DNA of 64,000 nt from Terriglobia bacterium (GTDB taxonomy: Bacteria; Acidobacteriota; Terriglobia; 20CM-2-55-15), in contig CBDAOY010000006.1 of the NCBI GenBank assembly GCA_965198225.1, forward strand, positions 608,001 through 672,000, given 5' to 3'. The notes under the pieces are model-generated. The model ran no database searches. It saw only the letters and a list, made by a program, of their open reading frames with translations, and was not told the origin of the DNA. Of the stretch, positions 59,339 through 64,000 are shown piece by piece (the first letter of the stretch is position 1; every line of letters starts with the position of its first letter). The position numbers and the translations under genes are program-made.

Positions 59339-60121
59339 ATGAAAGGGATCGTTCTCGCAGGCGGGCTCGGAAGCCGTCTTCACCCGCTGACAAAAGTCAC
59401 CAACAAGCACCTCCTGCCCGTCTACGACCGGCCAATGGTCCACTACCCGATACAGAGCCTTGTGGACGGGGGTATCGAAGAGATCCTGGTGGTTACGGGC
59501 GGCAACAGCGCCGGGGATTTTCTGGAACTGCTCGGTCACGGCAAGGAGTTCGGCCTCAAGCATCTCGACTACACTTACCAGGAAGGTCACGGCGGCATCG
59601 CCGCCGCGCTCGGCCTTGCCGAGTTTTTCGCCGACGGCGAGCCGATCTGCGTCATCCTGGGCGACAATATTTACCAGAAGAGCTTTAAGTCCTCGGTCGA
59701 GACCTATATGCGCCAGGGTTCCGGGGCGCGCATGCACTTGAAGAAGGTTGAGAACGCTCAGCGCTTCGGCGTGCCGGTCCTGGACGGTGATCGAGTGGTC
59801 CGCGTCGAAGAGAAACCGGCTGAACCCAAATCCTCCTATGCCGTCACGGGCATGTATATGTACGACGCGCGAGTGTTCGAAATTATCAGAACTCTGAAGC
59901 CCTCCGGCAGGGGGGAGCTCGAGATCACCGACGTCAACAACGCATACATAGAGTCCGGTGAAATGACCTACGAGATTATCGAAGGCTGGTGGTCCGATGC
60001 CGGAACGTTCGATTCCTTGCTCCGAGCGAACATTCTGGTTGCAGGCCGCCAGGGGAAGGCGTCCGAAGAGATTTCGATGGACACGATCCGCCGCTCGGCG
60101 GCCGCTCTCGAGGAGCGATAG
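59339..60121 (+). CDS. rfbA: Glucose-1-phosphate thymidylyltransferase-like nucleotidyltransferase
   Basis: GIVLAGGLGSRL, NKHLLPVYD, LGDN, EEKP, SGRGELEITD. Confidence 0.88.
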   Translation: MKGIVLAGGLGSRLHPLTKVTNKHLLPVYDRPMVHYPIQSLVDGGIEEILVVTGGNSAGDFLELLGHGKEFGLKHLDYTYQEGHGGIAAALGLAEFFADGEPICVILGDNIYQKSFKSSVETYMRQGSGARMHLKKVENAQRFGVPVLDGDRVVRVEEKPAEPKSSYAVTGMYMYDARVFEIIRTLKPSGRGELEITDVNNAYIESGEMTYEIIEGWWSDAGTFDSLLRANILVAGRQGKASEEISMDTIRRSAAALEER

Positions 60122-61177
60122 ATGTCGGCCGCAGAGAGACGCAGGGTTCTCGTCACTGGAGGTTCCGGATTCATCGGTTCGAACTTCATCCGCTACCTGT
60201 TTGAAGCCACGTCGGATGTCGCTGTAATCAACTTCGATCTGCTCACCTACGCCGGGAACCTGCGGAACAACGAAGACGTAGCTGGCGATGTCCGCTACAG
60301 CTTCATCCGGGGCGACATCGCCGATGCCGTGCAGATCGAACGGCTCTTTGAGGCGAATCCGATCGATGTCGTTGTCAATTTTGCCGCCGAAACCCACGTC
60401 GATCGTTCCATCGAAGATGCGGGTCCGTTTGTTGCCACGAATTTCGTCGGTACGCAGTGCCTGCTGGATGGCGCGCGCAGGCATCGGGTGTCGCGCTACG
60501 TCCAGATATCGACCGATGAAGTTTACGGAAGCCTGGGCGCGGAGGGCCGGTTTCGTGAAGACACACCGCTCAACCCGACGAACCCATACTCGGCGACGAA
60601 GGCGGCTGCCGACCTGTTCGTCTTGAGCTATGCGAAGACGCATGGGTTCCCTGGGTTGATCACCCGCTGCTCGAACAACTACGGCCCCAACCAGTTCCCT
60701 GAGAAGTTCATCCCCCTGCTGATCACCAACGCGATAGAAGGGAAGGCGATCCCGGTTTACGGACGGGGTCTCAACCGGCGGGAGTGGATCCATGTCGACG
60801 ACCATTCCCGTGGAGTGTGGAAGGCCGTCACCGACGGGCGACCAGGGCAGGTTTACAACATAGGCGGAGGAGACGAGATCGCGAACATCGATGTCGCGCG
60901 CGAAGTCCTCGGTCTCGTCGGACAGTCCGAATCGCTGATCGAGTTCGTCAAGGACCGACCCGCCCACGACCTCCGGTATGCCATCGACTGCTCGAAGATC
61001 GAAAGTGAGTGGGGATGGTCGGTCGAGACGGATTTTGCTACCGGCATTTCCAGGACGATCGATTGGTACCGAAACAACAAGGACTGGGTCCGGGAGGTCA
61101 AGGACGATTCCTATCTTTCCTACTACGAGCGTCACTACACGAACCGCGATCAAACTCTCGCCTCATACAAGGATTGA
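60122..61177 (+). CDS. rfbB: dTDP-glucose 4,6-dehydratase
   Basis: GGSGFIG, LTYAGN, AAETHVDRSI, STDEVYG, YSATK, NNYGP.QFPEK. Confidence 0.95.
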   Translation: MSAAERRRVLVTGGSGFIGSNFIRYLFEATSDVAVINFDLLTYAGNLRNNEDVAGDVRYSFIRGDIADAVQIERLFEANPIDVVVNFAAETHVDRSIEDAGPFVATNFVGTQCLLDGARRHRVSRYVQISTDEVYGSLGAEGRFREDTPLNPTNPYSATKAAADLFVLSYAKTHGFPGLITRCSNNYGPNQFPEKFIPLLITNAIEGKAIPVYGRGLNRREWIHVDDHSRGVWKAVTDGRPGQVYNIGGGDEIANIDVAREVLGLVGQSESLIEFVKDRPAHDLRYAIDCSKIESEWGWSVETDFATGISRTIDWYRNNKDWVREVKDDSYLSYYERHYTNRDQTLASYKD

Positions 61178-61179
61178 GG

Positions 61180-62082
61180 ATGTCCCCTCGCTCGCCGTCC
61201 ACGACCCGAACGCCGGATGCAAAGGAGACCGGGGATGGAGTGTCGCTGGCCTGCGACCTCTGCGGCTCGAGCGAAACCCGATCCGTCCTGACGTCCGCTA
61301 GCCTGGACGGTCCTCTCGTCCGTTGCGCGGTCTGTGGCCTGCACTATGTCTCCGTCCGGTCCGCACAGCTTGCCTTTTCACAGGAATCGTCGTCTCTGAC
61401 CGCGGAACGCATTCGGGACGCGAACGTGCATTTTTCGTCTCTACCCCGGGAGGAGGAACGCCGGCTCAACGAACTCAACGCGCGCTGGAGACTGGATTTG
61501 ATACGGGAGATCCGGGACGGCGGCCGCTTGCTGGAGGTTGGCTGTGGCCGCGGGGAGTTTCTCAAGGTTGCCCGCGATTCGTTCGATGCCTTTGGCGTGG
61601 AGCCAAACCCGGAACTCGCCGCCGACGCGCGCCGGGAAGCGTCGATCCACGAAGGGCTGATCGAAGACACGATCTGGTCCGATTTCGATGTCGCCGCCAG
61701 TTTTCATGTGATCGAACATGTGGATTCGCCCTCGAAGTTCGTTCAAGAGATAGCCAGGAGACTGAGACCGGGAGGGCTTGTTGCGCTGGAGACGCCCGAT
61801 ATCGGTTCCTGGCCCTATCGCCTGATGAAGGCGCGATGGCGACAGTTCATACCCGAGCACTACTACTTCTTCGATCGGAACACCCTGCACCGTCTTTTGT
61901 CGGACAACGGCTTTGAAGTGCGGCAGATCACACGAGTCGGGAAGTATGCCAGCTTGTCATTGCTCCTGAACCGACTCGGCCGCTACGTGCGTTTGCCCTT
62001 TGACGGACGGCTGTTTGCCGGTTCCTTCACCTTCCGCCTCAACCCCCTCGACATCCTGCTGGCACTGGCAATCAAGAAATGA
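61180..62082 (+). CDS. Class I SAM-dependent methyltransferase with N-terminal Zn ribbon
   Basis: CDLC...CAVC, LEVGCGRG, HVIEH, LRPGG. Confidence 0.88.
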   Translation: MSPRSPSTTRTPDAKETGDGVSLACDLCGSSETRSVLTSASLDGPLVRCAVCGLHYVSVRSAQLAFSQESSSLTAERIRDANVHFSSLPREEERRLNELNARWRLDLIREIRDGGRLLEVGCGRGEFLKVARDSFDAFGVEPNPELAADARREASIHEGLIEDTIWSDFDVAASFHVIEHVDSPSKFVQEIARRLRPGGLVALETPDIGSWPYRLMKARWRQFIPEHYYFFDRNTLHRLLSDNGFEVRQITRVGKYASLSLLLNRLGRYVRLPFDGRLFAGSFTFRLNPLDILLALAIKK

Positions 62083-62915
62083 AGAATGTCGTAGAGGCAG
62101 CCATCGTCAACTGGAATTCGGGTCCGATGCTTCGCCGAGCGGTGGAATCGGTTCTCGAACACGGGGAAGTGGAGAACATTGTCGTCGTCGATAACGCCTC
62201 ATCGGATGGATCGCTCGGGGACGTGGACTCGATCGGCAATCAGGTCCGCGTGATCGAAAACACCGCCAACCTCGGGTTTGCCGGAGCGATCAACCAGGCT
62301 TTCAAGACGACGACGTCACCCTTCGTTCTCATACTGAACCCCGACATCCAGGCGATGTCCGGCGCCATCGCAGCGCTCGCCCGCGCTCTGGATACCCATC
62401 CAAAGGCGGGAGCCATCGGGGGGTTCGTCAACCAGAACTATCCGCCCCGACCCTTTCCGACGCTGGCGAGTCTCTTTCGCGAAAACCTCGGGTTGCCGCG
62501 GCGCGAGACGAGGGTGTCGGGCGTGGAGGCGAGAGCGGTCGACCAGCCGGCCGGTGCGGCGCTGATGGTCCGCCGTGCGGCTTACGACGCGGTGGGGGGG
62601 TTCGACGAACAGTTCTACCCAGCCTGGTATGAAGACGTCGATTTCTGCCGAGCGATTTCCGCCTCCGGCTGGGAGATTTATTTTCACCCCGGGGCGAAAT
62701 TTCATCACGAGGGTGGCTACAGTCTCGAAGCTCTCGGCCTCGAACGGTTTCTCACGTCCTACTACGACAATCAGCTCCGCTACGCGCGAAAGCACCTCGG
62801 GCCTAGATCCGGCTTGTCGCTCAAGACGGGACTGGCTTTGGGAATGCTCGGCAAGATGATGTATCGGCCTCGGCTGGCTGCGACCTATTGGCGGGTGCTG
62901 TGGGAAGTCCTGTGA
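62079..62915 (+). CDS. GT2 glycosyltransferase
   Basis: VVDNASSDG, NLGFA, LNPD, YEDVD. Confidence 0.92.
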   Translation: MKNVVEAAIVNWNSGPMLRRAVESVLEHGEVENIVVVDNASSDGSLGDVDSIGNQVRVIENTANLGFAGAINQAFKTTTSPFVLILNPDIQAMSGAIAALARALDTHPKAGAIGGFVNQNYPPRPFPTLASLFRENLGLPRRETRVSGVEARAVDQPAGAALMVRRAAYDAVGGFDEQFYPAWYEDVDFCRAISASGWEIYFHPGAKFHHEGGYSLEALGLERFLTSYYDNQLRYARKHLGPRSGLSLKTGLALGMLGKMMYRPRLAATYWRVLWEVL

Positions 62916-63054
62916 GGACTGATCGCGAACCTGATCTCAGATTCATAGGATCAAGCCTCGCTGTTTGCGTCAGCACTCAGCTTTCAGTCAAGAAGCGGAA
63001 CGCCGAAGGCCTTCATTCAGAGCTGAAGGCTGACCGCTGATTGCTTGCTTGAAC

Positions 63055-63993
63055 ATGAAAATCTCCGTCCAGATCGTCACGTTCGACAGCTCGGCAGACA
63101 TATCCGCTTGCCTGGACAGTCTGGCGGCACAGACCACCAAGAACTTTCGCGTCCGCATTCTCGACAACGCTTCATCGGACAATACACTCGAGCTGCTCCG
63201 GGGTCGAGATGTCGATCTCATTACCTCTGACGCGAATACAGGCTTCGCGGCCGCGCACAACCGATTGGCGCGAAGCTATCCCGCACCGTACATCCTGTTC
63301 CTGAACCCGGATACCGTCCTGGAGCCGGACTTCATCGAAACCCTGACCGCGGCGTTGGACGGGGAAGACAAGGCTGGCTCGGCGACCGGTAAGCTCTTGC
63401 GCATGGACGGTGAGACGATCGATTCCACGGGTATCGTCATGACCCGCAACCAGAGACATCTGGACCGAGGCGCCGGCGAAATCGACAGCGGTCAGTACGA
63501 TCGTCCCGGGAGCATTTTCGGCCCGAGCGGGGCGGCGGCACTGTATCGGTACGGGTGCCTGGAGGACGTTGCAATCGACGGTGAGTTCTTTGACGAGGAC
63601 TTCTTTGCCTACCGGGAAGACGCCGATCTGGCCTGGCGCTGCCAGCTGATGGGTTGGGATTCATTGTATGTGCCCGGCGCGGTCGCCCGGCACCGGCGGA
63701 AGGTCACCCCGGAACGGCGTTCCGCTCTGTCTCAGGCTATCAACCGGCATTCGGTCAAGAACAGGTTCCTGCTGCGCATCAACAACATGACCGCGGGTCT
63801 TTATTTCCGTGACTTCTGGCCGATCACGGTCCGTGATCTCGCCGTGATCGGCTATGTCATCCTGCAGGAGCGATCTTCTTTGCCCGGCCTGCTGTTTGTC
63901 CTCGGTAATCTAGGGCGCTTGTGGCAGAAGCGTCGAATCGTCCAGACACGCGTCCGACGAGACCCGGTTCAGCTCGAGGCATGGTTCCGGTAG
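63055..63993 (+). CDS. GT2 glycosyltransferase
   Basis: DNASSD, NTGFA, LNPD, EDADLAWR. Confidence 0.92.
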   Translation: MKISVQIVTFDSSADISACLDSLAAQTTKNFRVRILDNASSDNTLELLRGRDVDLITSDANTGFAAAHNRLARSYPAPYILFLNPDTVLEPDFIETLTAALDGEDKAGSATGKLLRMDGETIDSTGIVMTRNQRHLDRGAGEIDSGQYDRPGSIFGPSGAAALYRYGCLEDVAIDGEFFDEDFFAYREDADLAWRCQLMGWDSLYVPGAVARHRRKVTPERRSALSQAINRHSVKNRFLLRINNMTAGLYFRDFWPITVRDLAVIGYVILQERSSLPGLLFVLGNLGRLWQKRRIVQTRVRRDPVQLEAWFR

Positions 63994-64000
63994 AATGACC

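Noticed and set aside
59321-61153. 610-aa antisense ORF, and similar long shadow ORFs (45185-46441, 20949-22028, 30974-31984)
   Set aside because: They lie opposite well-supported genes, which is expected from high-GC codon bias.

Overview
High-GC bacterial DNA, probably Acidobacteriota. This is inferred from the gene families present (PadR plus duplicated ABC 'ADOP' permease, PQQ-propeller proteins, relics of kinase-TolB genes). The window has two parts. (1) About 1-39.4 kb is an accessory mosaic of unrelated genes in mixed orientation, gene fragments, one IS1182-type IS, and two diverged 'tyrosine recombinase + IS91-type HUH transposase' elements. (2) About 39.4-64 kb looks like core genome: a Rieske/cytochrome b6-type complex with an octaheme cytochrome c, a cupredoxin-like lipoprotein, heme o/a synthases and SCO; then housekeeping genes; then the start of a dTDP-sugar/glycosyltransferase cluster. 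Main observation: many gene junctions in the accessory part carry a degenerate ~40-bp palindromic site, ATCCAC-N5-CGTATMG...CTATACG-N5-GTGGAT, whose layout resembles integron attC but with CAC/GTG in place of AAC/GTT. Both recombinase-transposase elements sit in the centre of such a site with a short direct repeat, which suggests a possibly undescribed gene-cassette or site-specific insertion system. Also seen: a conserved structured leader upstream of two RRM genes, several unannotated microproteins, and a promoter-terminator leader upstream of a DHH gene. All calls were made by eye; no database searches were run.
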